Positions 9,683 to 20,694 are shown, counted from the stretch's first letter. The stretch is 64,000 nucleotides of DNA from an uncultured Clostridium sp. (GCA_947427095.1 CANEGO010000002.1:27888-91887), one strand, 5' to 3'. Notes: a model not told the origin generated them from the letters alone. Numbers and translations: made by a program.

Positions 9683-10213
9683 TCATAACTTTTTCTTATC
9701 AATGAAGGTTTTCATGCAGTCCATTATAAATAATATTAAAAGTGAAATTGTAAGCCATCCAGGAATCTTCTTTATTATTCCTTTTAAAAGAGGATGAATT
9801 ATATAAATGAAAATCACACTTGCAATTCCCCAAGTAATCGTCATTTCTAAAGAAATATATTTTCCTATATGGTATTTATGACTATTATAATTCCAAAAAG
9901 TAAGACCAAACATTTTTTCAATTAATACTCCGCCTAATGCCTCTATTGTTGAAAGCACTATCGCAACCACAAAGAAAACTATCACCGTTTCATAAACACG
10001 GTTCATATGGAGATTTTTAAATAAATATTCTGAAACAAATAAAATAGTAACCGCACCTATTCCATATACTGGTGTCCAAAAACCGTTTAAAATACCACTT
10101 TTAAAGTTCGTATGAGTTAAAAAAGCTACCAACGTTTCTAAAATATGGCCTAACACAGAATATACAAAAAAACAATTTAAATAATACATAATATCACCAA
10201 TCATAGTATGCAT
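9683..10213 (-). CDS. PF06541-type (CmpB-like) membrane protein
   Basis: MYYLNCFFVYSVLGHILE start is typical of this family. About 5 TM helices. The true start may be the internal MYYLN. Confidence 0.55.
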   Translation of the reverse strand: MHTMIGDIMYYLNCFFVYSVLGHILETLVAFLTHTNFKSGILNGFWTPVYGIGAVTILFVSEYLFKNLHMNRVYETVIVFFVVAIVLSTIEALGGVLIEKMFGLTFWNYNSHKYHIGKYISLEMTITWGIASVIFIYIIHPLLKGIIKKIPGWLTISLLILFIMDCMKTFIDKKKL

Positions 10214-10234
10214 TATTAAATTGCTTTCTATTCA

Positions 10235-11641
10235 CTAAACCTGGTTCCAAATGGTTCCTTCTCTAGTATCTTTTAATTCAATTCCTTTTTCTAGTAAATC
10301 GTTTCTTATTTTATCTGCTAAGATAAAATCTTTATTTTTTTTAGCTTCCATTCTTAAGTTTATTTGTTCTTGTACGTATTTTACTAAATCAGTATCAATA
10401 CTATTTTGTCCTTTTTCTAATAAATCCAATGATAAAACACTATCAAAAGATTTTACTAATTCTTTTTTTGTCAAATCATTTATATCATTATCTTTTAAAA
10501 CATCGTATAAAACAGTTATAGCACTTGATGTGTTCATGTCTTCATTAATATATTTTAAAAATTCATTTTTATAATAATTAAACTTATCTTCATCTAATAT
10601 TCCATCATCTTTTAAAGATAAAGTTTTTTGTTTTAACTTTTTATATGCTTGCCCTGCATTATCTAAATTTTCATAAGTAAATATAAGTTGTTTTCTATAA
10701 TGAGATTGTAAGCACATCAAACGATACGATAACGGATTATATCCTTTTTCTTCTAATAATGAAACTGTTAAAAAGTCTCCGCTACTTTTACTCATCTTAC
10801 CATTTTTATCATTTAAATGTTCACAGTGTACCCAATAATTACACCACTTATGTCCTAAATACGCCTCACTTTGAGCGATTTCATTAGTATGATGTGGAAA
10901 TATGTTATCTACCCCGCCACAGTGAATATCTAAGTATTCTCCGCAGTGCTTCATGCTGATGCATGAACACTCTATATGCCATCCTGGATATCCTAATCCC
11001 CATGGAGAATCCCACTTTAGCTCCTGGTCTTCAAATTTAGATTTAGTAAACCATAACACAAAGTCAGCTTGGTTACGTTTATTATCGTCATTTTCAACAC
11101 CTACACGCGCTCCAACTACCATCTCATCTTCTTTATGGTTAGTTAAAACGTAGTAATCATCTAATTTAGACGTATCAAAATAAACGTTCCCACCAGATAA
11201 ATAGGCAAAGCCCTTAGAAAGTAAGTTTTCTATCAAATTAATATATTCCGGAATTAAGTTTGTAGCAGGTTCTATCGTCTCTGGTTTTTTAATATTTAAC
11301 TTTTCAAAATCTTTAAAGAATGCATCAGTATAAAACTTAGCAATATCTAAAACACTTTTATGTTGCTTTTTAGCGCTTGCTACCATTTTATCATCACCAG
11401 TATCAGAATCGCTTGATAAATGACCAACATCGGTAATATTCATTACCCTTTTGACATTATAACCATTATACATAAGTGTTTTTTCTAAAATATCTTCCAT
11501 TATGTAACTTCTTAAATTCCCGATGTGTGCATAATGGTATACCGTAGGCCCACAGGTATACATCTTAATAAGTTCAGGATTATGAGGAGTAAATTCCTCT
11601 ATTTTTCTCGTAAGCGTATTATATAATTTCACATTCATCAC
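10235..11641 (-). CDS. cysS: cysteine--tRNA ligase
   Basis: HIGN and KMSKS class I motifs. Full-length CysRS similarity. Confidence 0.95.
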   Translation of the reverse strand: MMNVKLYNTLTRKIEEFTPHNPELIKMYTCGPTVYHYAHIGNLRSYIMEDILEKTLMYNGYNVKRVMNITDVGHLSSDSDTGDDKMVASAKKQHKSVLDIAKFYTDAFFKDFEKLNIKKPETIEPATNLIPEYINLIENLLSKGFAYLSGGNVYFDTSKLDDYYVLTNHKEDEMVVGARVGVENDDNKRNQADFVLWFTKSKFEDQELKWDSPWGLGYPGWHIECSCISMKHCGEYLDIHCGGVDNIFPHHTNEIAQSEAYLGHKWCNYWVHCEHLNDKNGKMSKSSGDFLTVSLLEEKGYNPLSYRLMCLQSHYRKQLIFTYENLDNAGQAYKKLKQKTLSLKDDGILDEDKFNYYKNEFLKYINEDMNTSSAITVLYDVLKDNDINDLTKKELVKSFDSVLSLDLLEKGQNSIDTDLVKYVQEQINLRMEAKKNKDFILADKIRNDLLEKGIELKDTREGTIWNQV

Positions 11642-11690
11642 TTCCTATTCATTTAATTATACACTAAATAATAAAAGAAAGAAAGAAAAA

Positions 11691-13967
11691 TCAATTCAGT
11701 GTTCCTGCTTCTTTTCTTTCTTTAATCATCTTTATAGCTACTTCTTCCTTATTATCCAAAACCGCATCCATTATCTTAAACTCAAATTCATTTTCTACCA
11801 GTTTCGATATACTACAATAATCCTTAGTCAATGAAACATTATTAAAAATATGATTTATGATACCCTCATCGTAACTTACTTTTATTTGTTTATACTTTTT
11901 AATAACCTTATGAATATTATCTTCTATTATTTTTTTAATAGTTAAATCGCATGGATCTTCCATTTCTATTGAAACAGATACTTTTCCTAAAAGGCGATCA
12001 TCATCTGAAAAGCTATGTTTTTTTACTTTGCTAAAGCCTAGCTGTTTATGATCAGAAGTATTACATGTTATGAAAAATATTACAGTGTTACTGAAATCTA
12101 TTATTTTACCAGCAGCATCTTCTACTTTTCCAAACTGCAATATCCTTATAAATAAATTTTTAAATTCATCACATGCCTCATCATAATTATCAACTATTAT
12201 GGCTGAGTTAGGGTTAGTTCTTATTCTTTCAAAAATATTGTTTTTATTATCATACCCTAAATACCCTGCAGTTGTTCCAATTAATTTACTAATTGTATGA
12301 TGTTCAGTATACTCTGAGCCGTCTATATTTATTATATTTTTCTCATTAACAAGCTTTTTCGAATAATTTTGTGCAAGTAAAGTTTTGCCAACACCATGAT
12401 TACCATTTATATGGATTGAATAACATGATTTATCTTCTAAAAGTTCTTTTTTTCTAAGTGACCTTACAAGCTTTTCTATATTTTTTTCTTGGTCATAAAT
12501 AACACTATTTAATTCAGCCTCTAAAGATTTATAAAATTCTTGTCTTTTATCTTCTAAAGAAAAAAACATAACGTTGCCCTTCGCCTTTATAACATCTATT
12601 ATTTCTTTTTTCGTTACTTTCTTTCTGCTCTTTTTAATATCTTGCAAGCTTAACATCAATTTATTTTCTTCTGTTTTTAGTTCATATGCTCTTTTAAAAT
12701 TCTTTTTTGATAAAGCCTTAACTTTTTCATTTTTTATTCTTTCTAATCTTTCACTAAATACTCTTTTTTTTCTTTCATTGTAATTTTCAGAAACTGATGC
12801 TTTTGCACATACCTCATCTAGTATGTCTATTGAACGGTCTGGTTCAAACCTATTATTTAAATATTTCTCTGATAAAAAAACAATATCTTTTAACAAGTCA
12901 TCACCAATTGTTATATCATGGTATTTTTCATAAAGTGGTTTTATTCCTTTTAAAATTTTTATCACGTTTTCTAGTGAGGGTTCTTCTACATTTACACTTT
13001 GAAATCTCCTTGCTAAAGCCGCATCTGGTTCTATAAATTTTTTATATTCATCTAGCGTAGTTGCTCCTATTATTCTTATCATTCCACGAGCTAGAGCTGG
13101 TTTAAATATGTTTGAAGCATCTATTGCACCTTCTGCTCCTCCCGCACCTACCATTGTGTGAATTTCATCAATAAAAAGAATTATATCGCTATTATCTTCT
13201 AATTCTTTTATTAAAGTTTTCATTTTTTCCTCAAACTCACCACGATATTTTGTACCAGACACTAACTGAAAAATATTTAATGAAATTATCTTTTTATCTT
13301 TTAGAAAAGATGGGCATTTATCAGAAACCATAAGAAGAGCAATTCCCTCTACTATAGCAGTTTTACCAACTCCAGCCGGCCCAATTAAAATAGGATTATT
13401 CTTTTTTCTTCTTAGTAGTATTTCTAACGCCTTATTAATTTCTTTTTCTCTACCTATTACTGGGTCAAGTTTCTTTTCCTTTGCAAGCCTAGTCATATCG
13501 ACCCCTAAATCATCTAATAAAAGTTTCTTTTTTTTGTTACTTTTAACATTTTTAACGTTCCTAAGGTCAAAATATAATCGGTCTAAGTTTACTTTCATAC
13601 TTCTTAGTATTGTGTAAGCAACGCCATCTTCTTCATCTAGAATATTAATAATAAGTAGCTCCGGATTAACACTTTTGCTATTATCTTCTCTTGCTTCTAT
13701 TACCGCGTTTTCTAACACTCTTTTTAAAAGTGGGGTATACAAAACAAAATCATTTTTTTTAGTTCCTATTCCAACTAGAGAAACTAACTTTTCCTTAAAC
13801 TTTTTATAAGTTACTCTATGTTTTTTTAAAATCGGAACTAATTTACTATCCTTTAAAATTGATAATAGTAAATGTTCACTTCCAACATAAGGATGAATTA
13901 ACTCCTCTTTTTCTCTTTCTGCTTGCTTTAAAAGATGCCTTGTTTCTTCACTAAAATTAACAAACAT
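11691..13967 (-). CDS. clpC: ClpC-like AAA+ chaperone with degenerate D2 Walker B
   Basis: Clp_N repeats. D1 has GPAGVGKT and ILFIDEIH. Coiled-coil middle domain. D2 has GNHGVGKT but [12 protein letters not shown] loop present. Confidence 0.8.
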   Translation of the reverse strand: MFVNFSEETRHLLKQAEREKEELIHPYVGSEHLLLSILKDSKLVPILKKHRVTYKKFKEKLVSLVGIGTKKNDFVLYTPLLKRVLENAVIEAREDNSKSVNPELLIINILDEEDGVAYTILRSMKVNLDRLYFDLRNVKNVKSNKKKKLLLDDLGVDMTRLAKEKKLDPVIGREKEINKALEILLRRKKNNPILIGPAGVGKTAIVEGIALLMVSDKCPSFLKDKKIISLNIFQLVSGTKYRGEFEEKMKTLIKELEDNSDIILFIDEIHTMVGAGGAEGAIDASNIFKPALARGMIRIIGATTLDEYKKFIEPDAALARRFQSVNVEEPSLENVIKILKGIKPLYEKYHDITIGDDLLKDIVFLSEKYLNNRFEPDRSIDILDEVCAKASVSENYNERKKRVFSERLERIKNEKVKALSKKNFKRAYELKTEENKLMLSLQDIKKSRKKVTKKEIIDVIKAKGNVMFFSLEDKRQEFYKSLEAELNSVIYDQEKNIEKLVRSLRKKELLEDKSCYSIHINGNHGVGKTLLAQNYSKKLVNEKNIINIDGSEYTEHHTISKLIGTTAGYLGYDNKNNIFERIRTNPNSAIIVDNYDEACDEFKNLFIRILQFGKVEDAAGKIIDFSNTVIFFITCNTSDHKQLGFSKVKKHSFSDDDRLLGKVSVSIEMEDPCDLTIKKIIEDNIHKVIKKYKQIKVSYDEGIINHIFNNVSLTKDYCSISKLVENEFEFKIMDAVLDNKEEVAIKMIKERKEAGTLN

Positions 13968-14027
13968 AGAATTCTCCTTCCATTTTCATTCTATGTTTGT
14001 TATGGTTATAATATTTAATTTTAATAC

Positions 14028-14049
14028 AAAAAAGACCTTAAGGTCTTTT
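14028..14049 (-). terminator. rho-independent terminator
   Basis: Minus strand: AAAAGACC TTAA GGTCTTTT then TTG. Overlaps the stop of the upstream membrane-protein gene. Confidence 0.6.
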
Positions 14050-15739
14050 AAACTAACACATATATAACGATGGATGTTATTATGATAATAACAAATAATA
14101 TAAGTAGTAATTTCCAAATAAACTTAAACCATTTATTATAAGGAATATCCAAATAATATAATCCTATTATTAAGCCTACTGAAGTAGGTGCAATAATCAT
14201 TATTAAATTATAAACGCTTTGCATAATAAATGCAACAACACCATAATAATCTTGGTTAGCTATAGTGGCACTAAATACCGTTCCAACAGTTGAAATAAGG
14301 TAATAGAAATCAGCTGTTAAAAAACTGCCTATCATCGTAGCTAAAGTAGCTGTTGCAACATTAAATCCATCTATCAATTTCAAAATCGCATTAGCTATTG
14401 TTACGTTTATACCAGTTGTTACCATTATTATTAAAACCACGCTTATAAGCATAGCTGTTAACGCTATTGGTAAAACTTTCTTTGTTGCTCCCGTAACGGT
14501 TGCAATAAAATCGTTAACCTTAGTCTTGTTTATAACACCAATAATAAGTGTAAGAATAAATAACAATATTGCAACATCATTCATTGTAAATGTTCCAAAA
14601 ACGCTAATCGTTCCGTTTGCTCCACCGGTTGTTTGATCAATTACCACAGGGACACCAATTATGTTTCCAAATATAGTATAATCACCTATTTTAATATTAT
14701 TTAACCAAACATTAACATCACTAAACAAAGAACAATTTTCTATTAATGATTCCCATGGAATTATAGAACCAATAATAAATAATGTGAATAATACTAAACT
14801 AGTACCAAATAAAACGTTATTTCGCCTTGAGCTAGTTACGGAAATCATACCATTCTTATCAGCTTTTTCTGTTAAAACAGTAATAAATTCTGCTATTGAT
14901 AAAATGGTTGGAATTCCAGTCCAACAAAATAGTATACTTAAAATTCCACTTCTTACTTTACCAGCATAGAATTTATTTATACCAATTGTTCCAAATAAGA
15001 TAGTTAAAACGGCATAAATTGTTTTATTTACTTTCTTTTCATTAGTTTTGACAACTACCTTTTTCTCTTTCTTTTCTTTTACCAATTCTTTAGTACTTTT
15101 CTTAACTGTCTTAGCTGTAGTCTTTTTAGCATTAGACTTGACACTACCGCTTTTAGGTGCGATTAAAATTATTAAAACACAGATAGAAACAACAAATAAA
15201 ATAACTTTAACTAATAATAAAGTATTTAATTCTAATCCAAATGTAGTAAATAAAGAATTATTATAAATTCCACACATAGAACCAATTAGTCCTGCTACCA
15301 AAGTAGAAGATAAAATTATTTTTTTATCTATTTCTAGTTCCTTCATAACCTGATAAACAAAAGGAGCAAATACTAATAAAATTAGAAAATCACTAACAAA
15401 AAGTGAAATAATTCCAAATATTATCGTAACAATAGAAACTAATAATCTTTCCTTTCCTTTAAAAATGCTTGCTGTTTTACTTACGAAGGCATTATAAACA
15501 GAAATCTTATTTAAAACGGCATAAAAACATGCCAAAGCAATTAAGAATACCGCAATCCCATTAAAATATGATATAGAAATGCTTAGGTTTGATAATAAGC
15601 CCCATATTCCAACCCCGGCAACACCAGTTGACGTAACAGAGCCTGTATAATCAACATATGAACCTGGAATAAGCAAAGTAAGTAACCAAGCTACAAATAC
15701 TGTTATTGCTAAAACCTTGAATAAATTATACTTTTTCAT
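14048..15739 (-). CDS. YfcC/DcuC-like polytopic membrane protein with internal Lys-rich linker and TM2 domain
   Basis: N-terminal LLIPGSY pattern resembles YfcC. Central KK-rich stretch followed by NKFYAGKVRSGILSILFCWTGIPTILSIAEFI (TM2). Start set at MKKYNLF, preceded by GGGAGG. Confidence 0.55.
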   Translation of the reverse strand: MKKYNLFKVLAITVFVAWLLTLLIPGSYVDYTGSVTSTGVAGVGIWGLLSNLSISISYFNGIAVFLIALACFYAVLNKISVYNAFVSKTASIFKGKERLLVSIVTIIFGIISLFVSDFLILLVFAPFVYQVMKELEIDKKIILSSTLVAGLIGSMCGIYNNSLFTTFGLELNTLLLVKVILFVVSICVLIILIAPKSGSVKSNAKKTTAKTVKKSTKELVKEKKEKKVVVKTNEKKVNKTIYAVLTILFGTIGINKFYAGKVRSGILSILFCWTGIPTILSIAEFITVLTEKADKNGMISVTSSRRNNVLFGTSLVLFTLFIIGSIIPWESLIENCSLFSDVNVWLNNIKIGDYTIFGNIIGVPVVIDQTTGGANGTISVFGTFTMNDVAILLFILTLIIGVINKTKVNDFIATVTGATKKVLPIALTAMLISVVLIIMVTTGINVTIANAILKLIDGFNVATATLATMIGSFLTADFYYLISTVGTVFSATIANQDYYGVVAFIMQSVYNLIMIIAPTSVGLIIGLYYLDIPYNKWFKFIWKLLLILFVIIIITSIVIYVLV

Positions 15740-15825
15740 TTTTCCTCCCAATAATATATTATTTCTTTTTTTGGCCAAAATTATGACAATACGCACCAGA
15801 TTCATAACTTTGTCCTACAATTAAA

Positions 15826-16812
15826 TTATACCATATTTTTGGATAAGTTTTCCATATATTCTTTTATGAGAGAAACAAACTCATTTTTTGTCTTAACTTC
15901 ATATAATCTTTTTTTTACAGATACTCCATTTGGTAAACCTTTTAAGTACCAAGCTCCATGAGTTCTCATCTCTAGAACAGCTACCTTTTCTGGCTTTATT
16001 TGTAATAAATAATCAAAGTGTTTAAGACAAGTATTCATTTTATCTATTGGGGTTTGATTAGTTAGTAGTTCCCCCGTTTCTAGATACGCTATAATTTGTT
16101 TTATTAAATAAGGATTCCCTAAACATCCCCTTCCAACCATAACCGCATCACAACCAGTTTCATCAATCATCCTTTTAGCATCCTCAGCGCTTAAAATATC
16201 ACCATTGCCAATTACCGGAATACTAACATTTTCCTTTACATCTTTTATTATATTCCAGTTAGCCATACCGTTATACCCCTGGCTACGTGTTCTAGGATGA
16301 ACAGTAATTGCACTAGCTCCAGCCTTTTCACATATTTTTGCAATTTCTACTGCATTAATACTATTAGCATCCCAACCACTTCTTATTTTAACTGTTACCG
16401 GAATATTTACCGCCTCTACTACAGCCCTTACTATTTCATATACTTTTTTAGGATTCTTTAATAGCGCTGAACCAGCCTGCGCTCTTAATGCAACTTTGGG
16501 CACTGGGCATCCCATGTTTATGTCAATTATGTCCGGATGCATGCTTGTTTCAATTATTTTAGCCGCAGCAACGAAACTTTCTTTATCACTGCCAAAAATC
16601 TGTTGTGCTATTGGCCTTTCTTCTTCTGTCATGTAAAGCATATCTTTAGTTTTTTCATTTTCGTACATAAGTGCTTTATCACTTACCATTTCAGCATACA
16701 AAAGAGCACACCCCATTTCCTTTATAATTCTTCTAAAGGCGCTATTACACACACCCGCCATTGGTGCTAAACAAACGTTATTTTTAATTTCTACGTTTCC
16801 TATTTTGAACAT
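15826..16812 (-). CDS. dusB: tRNA-dihydrouridine synthase
   Basis: LAPMAGV, NMGCP, and TVHPRT-type Dus motifs. Confidence 0.9.
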   Translation of the reverse strand: MFKIGNVEIKNNVCLAPMAGVCNSAFRRIIKEMGCALLYAEMVSDKALMYENEKTKDMLYMTEEERPIAQQIFGSDKESFVAAAKIIETSMHPDIIDINMGCPVPKVALRAQAGSALLKNPKKVYEIVRAVVEAVNIPVTVKIRSGWDANSINAVEIAKICEKAGASAITVHPRTRSQGYNGMANWNIIKDVKENVSIPVIGNGDILSAEDAKRMIDETGCDAVMVGRGCLGNPYLIKQIIAYLETGELLTNQTPIDKMNTCLKHFDYLLQIKPEKVAVLEMRTHGAWYLKGLPNGVSVKKRLYEVKTKNEFVSLIKEYMENLSKNMV

Positions 16813-16883
16813 TTTATCACTTCCAACTTTACTTAATTATATAATAAAAAGAACCCTTTTAAAAGTTCTTTACTTTAATAATC

Positions 16884-17021
16884 TTATTTTATCTTCGTTG
16901 CAGGCATACCATCATAATAAGTAACTGATTCACAATTCATATTCTTAAGAAGCATATAATATTCAATTATATCTATTTCGTTGTTTAATAAAGCATTTTC
17001 AAGTATTTTATTATCGCTCAT
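16884..17021 (-). CDS. small hypothetical protein (45 aa)
   Basis: ATG preceded by GAAAGGGGTG. No recognisable similarity. Confidence 0.3.
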   Translation of the reverse strand: MSDNKILENALLNNEIDIIEYYMLLKNMNCESVTYYDGMPATKIK

Positions 17022-17098
17022 AATAACACCCCTTTCAATAAAAAAACAGGCATTATTGTATAAAAAAAATAATGCCATGTCAAGCATTACTTTTAGTT

Positions 17099-18340
17099 TT
17101 ACCTTTTTGAACGAATAAATTTTAATATGCCCATAGCAATATTAAAAATACTAAACCAAAATTTACTAATTACCAAATCAAATTCTCCAACTAACTCTAA
17201 TACCTCTGGATTGAATTTTGATTTGAAGGTAGACAAATGATCATTTAATGAACCATCAACACCTCCCAAGTCTGCATAGTCACATCCATTATCTAAACAA
17301 TAACACAATCTATAAAACATAAGACCATTAGTAATTTTTAAAGAAGGTAATATTTTTGTGTTAGTACCCGCGTACAAAAAAGAGGCTACCCGAGTTCCTG
17401 TTCTACAAGTTGGCATCATAACTATCGTTGCTCCCGCTAATGGTTTAAGACCAAATTCTTTTTTTATTTTTTCAGCTTCAATAATTTGTTTTTCACAAAA
17501 TTCTTTTTTATTTTCATGCTCTTTCATGTCTTTTTTTAAAAAACTTATATACCTATCTATGTTAACCCTCGCAAAAAACAAAACAGCATTATCAGGAAAA
17601 CATTCCATTAGTTTTTTAAAATAATCCTCACTCCTAAGGGCAATGTGCTGTCTTTGTTCAGTACAATGAAGAACAGAAACTAAGTCTTTTACATCTTTTA
17701 AATCTGTAGAGTAACTAAATTCTACTCCCCTTTCTTCTTGATACGAACCAATATAATTTCTAGTGTTTTTAGGAAAAGTACGTTTCAAAGCTTCTTTTTC
17801 GTAAAGGTTACCATCTTTATCCTTAAGCGGTATTACCATGGTATACCTAGGTTGGATATATGCATTCACTTCTTTTTTATAACCACCATGTTTAAATCCT
17901 ACATTTTTTAAATTATCCACTATTTCACTCGTATTACATGTAAAAGATTTTCTTATTTCAATCCCCTTATTCTTCTTAATATTCTGAATATTATCTTCAT
18001 TAAAACAAATAAATGGATCAATTTTTATATCTATGCAGCCATTTTTTTTAGCATAAAGTTTTAAAGATTCAGAAAATTCTTTTAATAATTCTTTATTTTT
18101 ATAATCTAAAATAAAGCCCCTTGGAATATAAAATAGTTTTTTTCCTAAGAAAAGATTTCTTTTTAAAACCATTGAAGCGCAAACCAAGCGTCCTTTTTCG
18201 TACATTCCAACAAAATCACAATCCCAAGCACTTTTAACTAAAGACCAGTTTGAAGTTTGCATAAACGAAGTTGAAGGAAAAAATTTAACAAAATCATCAT
18301 ATTCTTGTTTTGATATACCTGATTCAAATTGATATTTCAT
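17099..18340 (-). CDS. FemAB-family peptidoglycan interpeptide aminoacyltransferase
   Basis: N-terminal F.QS..W..VK pattern and length are typical of FemX/MurM. Confidence 0.75.
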   Translation of the reverse strand: MKYQFESGISKQEYDDFVKFFPSTSFMQTSNWSLVKSAWDCDFVGMYEKGRLVCASMVLKRNLFLGKKLFYIPRGFILDYKNKELLKEFSESLKLYAKKNGCIDIKIDPFICFNEDNIQNIKKNKGIEIRKSFTCNTSEIVDNLKNVGFKHGGYKKEVNAYIQPRYTMVIPLKDKDGNLYEKEALKRTFPKNTRNYIGSYQEERGVEFSYSTDLKDVKDLVSVLHCTEQRQHIALRSEDYFKKLMECFPDNAVLFFARVNIDRYISFLKKDMKEHENKKEFCEKQIIEAEKIKKEFGLKPLAGATIVMMPTCRTGTRVASFLYAGTNTKILPSLKITNGLMFYRLCYCLDNGCDYADLGGVDGSLNDHLSTFKSKFNPEVLELVGEFDLVISKFWFSIFNIAMGILKFIRSKR

Positions 18341-18354
18341 ATAATCGCCTCTTT

Positions 18355-18921
18355 TTATTCCGTAATCAGTTCTGCTTCATCACCATTTTTAATTAAAAAT
18401 GCGTTAGCATCATCTGTATCTAAATGAACCTCGTATGAAAAATTATCACTTATTCTTACGTATACGTTTTCTAGTATTCCACCTTTTTCACCTTTTACCA
18501 TTATTTTAACAAATTCTTTTTTTTCAAAGCCATACTTTTTAGCATCTTCCATCGTCGCATGAACGTGTCTTGTTGCAATAATGGCAGCATCTTTAGTAAT
18601 TTCACCACAAGGTCCAACAATAGTTATTTTAGCTGCACCTTTTAAGTCACCTGAATTTCTAACAGGAGGATTAATTCCTAAAGCAAATGAGTCCGTTTTA
18701 GAAATCTCAGCTTGAGTTTCGCCTCTTTCTGGGCCTAGAATTCTAACCCTTTCTATAATACCTTTAGGTCCTTTAAGAATTACTTGTTCATTGCATGCAT
18801 ATTGTCCTGGTTGAGATAAATCTACTTTTTTAGTTAATTTATATCCTTCTCCAAATAAAATATTTAAATCATCTTTAGTTACGTGAACGTGTCTTGCGGA
18901 CACTCCGATTTTAACTGACAT
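18355..18921 (-). CDS. pduL: phosphate propanoyltransferase PduL-type
   Basis: Duplicated SARHVHV / ATRHVHA motifs. Start set at MSVKIGV, preceded by GGAGA. Confidence 0.85.
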   Translation of the reverse strand: MSVKIGVSARHVHVTKDDLNILFGEGYKLTKKVDLSQPGQYACNEQVILKGPKGIIERVRILGPERGETQAEISKTDSFALGINPPVRNSGDLKGAAKITIVGPCGEITKDAAIIATRHVHATMEDAKKYGFEKKEFVKIMVKGEKGGILENVYVRISDNFSYEVHLDTDDANAFLIKNGDEAELITE

Positions 18922-19015
18922 ATAACCATCTCCTAACTTATTATTCATTATAACATGTATAATTCTTTTAATTCAATCATATGTTTAAATGAATTTGAAA
19001 AAGGAGATTTTATAC

Positions 19016-19432
19016 ATGAATACAAATTATTATTCAAACCCTACTTATCCGAACTTAGGAGCAAGTGGACTACAAGTATCCGCTATGGGTGGCGTAGCAT
19101 CACAACCAAGCGCTAATACAAATAATTCTAGTAATAACAATTTGGCAACAATACAAGCAAATAATAACATGTTAGAACTTGAACAATCTTACGTTGAAAA
19201 TATTTTAAGACTTAACAGAGGAAAACTAGCTACCCTTTATTTTTCTTATCCGGATTCTGTAGAATGGCGTGATAAAACTTATACAGGCATAATAGAAGCA
19301 GCTGGCAGAGATCATATAATAGTAAGTGACCCAAAAAATGGTAAATGGTATTTGCTACTTATGATTTATCTTAATTACGTACAATTTGATGAAAAAATAA
19401 ATTATAGTCCAGAGTATTATCCACAGCGATAA
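19016..19432 (+). CDS. gerQ: spore coat protein GerQ-like
   Basis: SYVENILRLNRGKLATLYF...GIIEAAGRDHIIVSDP...YLLLMIYLNYVQFDE matches the conserved GerQ/YwdL core. Q/N-rich N-terminus. Confidence 0.6.
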   Translation: MNTNYYSNPTYPNLGASGLQVSAMGGVASQPSANTNNSSNNNLATIQANNNMLELEQSYVENILRLNRGKLATLYFSYPDSVEWRDKTYTGIIEAAGRDHIIVSDPKNGKWYLLLMIYLNYVQFDEKINYSPEYYPQR

Positions 19433-19493
19433 ATAATCTTGTAAATATCCTCTAGTTTTGTTATAATCAAAAATAGAATAGAGGTAGATTAAA

Positions 19494-20027
19494 ATGGTAT
19501 TAATAATAGTAACATTAATAATATGTATAATAGTTTTTTTCTGTGCAATAAACAAAGATAAATTAACATTTATATGTGTGAAACTTGAAAATATAGAAGA
19601 AAAAATAAATAGTACGCTTATTAAAAGAAGATCTTTAATACAAGATTCAGAAAAGATAATAAAAGAAGTATTAGATACCAATAAGCAAATTTACGAAAAT
19701 CTAGAAGAGTTATATAAAAGCAACATTAGTATGATGGAACTAGATAGAAAACTTTTAATATACATTAACGAATTCTACTTAATAAAAGATAAGTATAAAA
19801 AATTACAAGGCAACGAATCATTTCAAAAAATTGCATTTCAGGTTAATGAAACAGAAGATAAGTTAAACGCTTATAAAGAGTATTATAATGATACCATAAC
19901 GGAATATAACAAACTAATTAAAAAATTTCCCCAAATTATAATTTCGTTTATTAAAAGAAGAAAAGAAAAAGAATTTTTTGATAAAAAAAGCATTAATGAT
20001 AACGATTATAACGATTTTAAATATTAA
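19494..20027 (+). CDS. LemA-family protein
   Basis: N-terminal TM helix, helical body, C-terminal YN..I..FP..I pattern. Confidence 0.55.
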   Translation: MVLIIVTLIICIIVFFCAINKDKLTFICVKLENIEEKINSTLIKRRSLIQDSEKIIKEVLDTNKQIYENLEELYKSNISMMELDRKLLIYINEFYLIKDKYKKLQGNESFQKIAFQVNETEDKLNAYKEYYNDTITEYNKLIKKFPQIIISFIKRRKEKEFFDKKSINDNDYNDFKY

Positions 20028-20034
20028 AAAGAGA

Positions 20035-20694
20035 TTAAAAATTAATCTCTTTTTTATTATTTTTTCTTAAAAACGCGTTTGTTCTTGAAAATGGTTTACT
20101 GCCAAAGAAACCATTGTATGCTGAAAGTGGCGAGGGATGCGCTGATTCAATTATATAATGACTAGGGTTTGTTATAATTCTTTTTTTATCCCTTGCTTGT
20201 CTTCCCCATAGTATAAAAACAACCCCGTTTAATCTATCATTAATCTGTTTTATTACGTAATCAGTAAATATTTCCCATCCAATATCCTTGTGCGAATTTG
20301 CCTTATCTTTTTCAACCGTAAGAACCGTGTTAAGTAAAAACACCCCTTGTTTTGCCCAGTCAGATAAATCAGTATCGGTTCTATCTATTCCTAAATCATC
20401 TTTCAACTCTTTAAATATGTTTCTAAGCGAAGGAGGTGTTCTAACGCCTCTTCTAACCGAAAAGGAAAGTCCCATCGCTTCTTTTTCTCCATGATATGGA
20501 TCTTGACCTAAAATAACAACCTTAATATTTCCGAAATCCGTTAATTTGAACGCATTAAATAAATCGTTAGCAGGAGGATATATTGTTTTGTTAAGTCTTT
20601 CTTCTTTTACAAAATCTTTTATATACTTAAAATAACTTTTTTTCATTTCATCATGAAGTACTTCATCCCAAGAATTATTAAACATATCAATCAC
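20035..20694 (-). CDS. ung: uracil-DNA glycosylase
   Basis: GQDPYH, SLRNIF, HPSPLS motifs. Confidence 0.95.
   Translation of the reverse strand: MIDMFNNSWDEVLHDEMKKSYFKYIKDFVKEERLNKTIYPPANDLFNAFKLTDFGNIKVVILGQDPYHGEKEAMGLSFSVRRGVRTPPSLRNIFKELKDDLGIDRTDTDLSDWAKQGVFLLNTVLTVEKDKANSHKDIGWEIFTDYVIKQINDRLNGVVFILWGRQARDKKRIITNPSHYIIESAHPSPLSAYNGFFGSKPFSRTNAFLRKNNKKEINF

Noticed and set aside
11642-11690. T-box leader upstream of cysS
   Set aside because: The intergenic region is only 49 nt, too short for a T-box. cysS is probably co-transcribed with the clpC-like gene.
19355-19681. 108-aa minus-strand ORF spanning the gerQ 3' end and the lemA 5' end
   Set aside because: It overlaps two better-supported plus-strand genes. 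The sequence is hydrophobic and low-complexity, with no SD.
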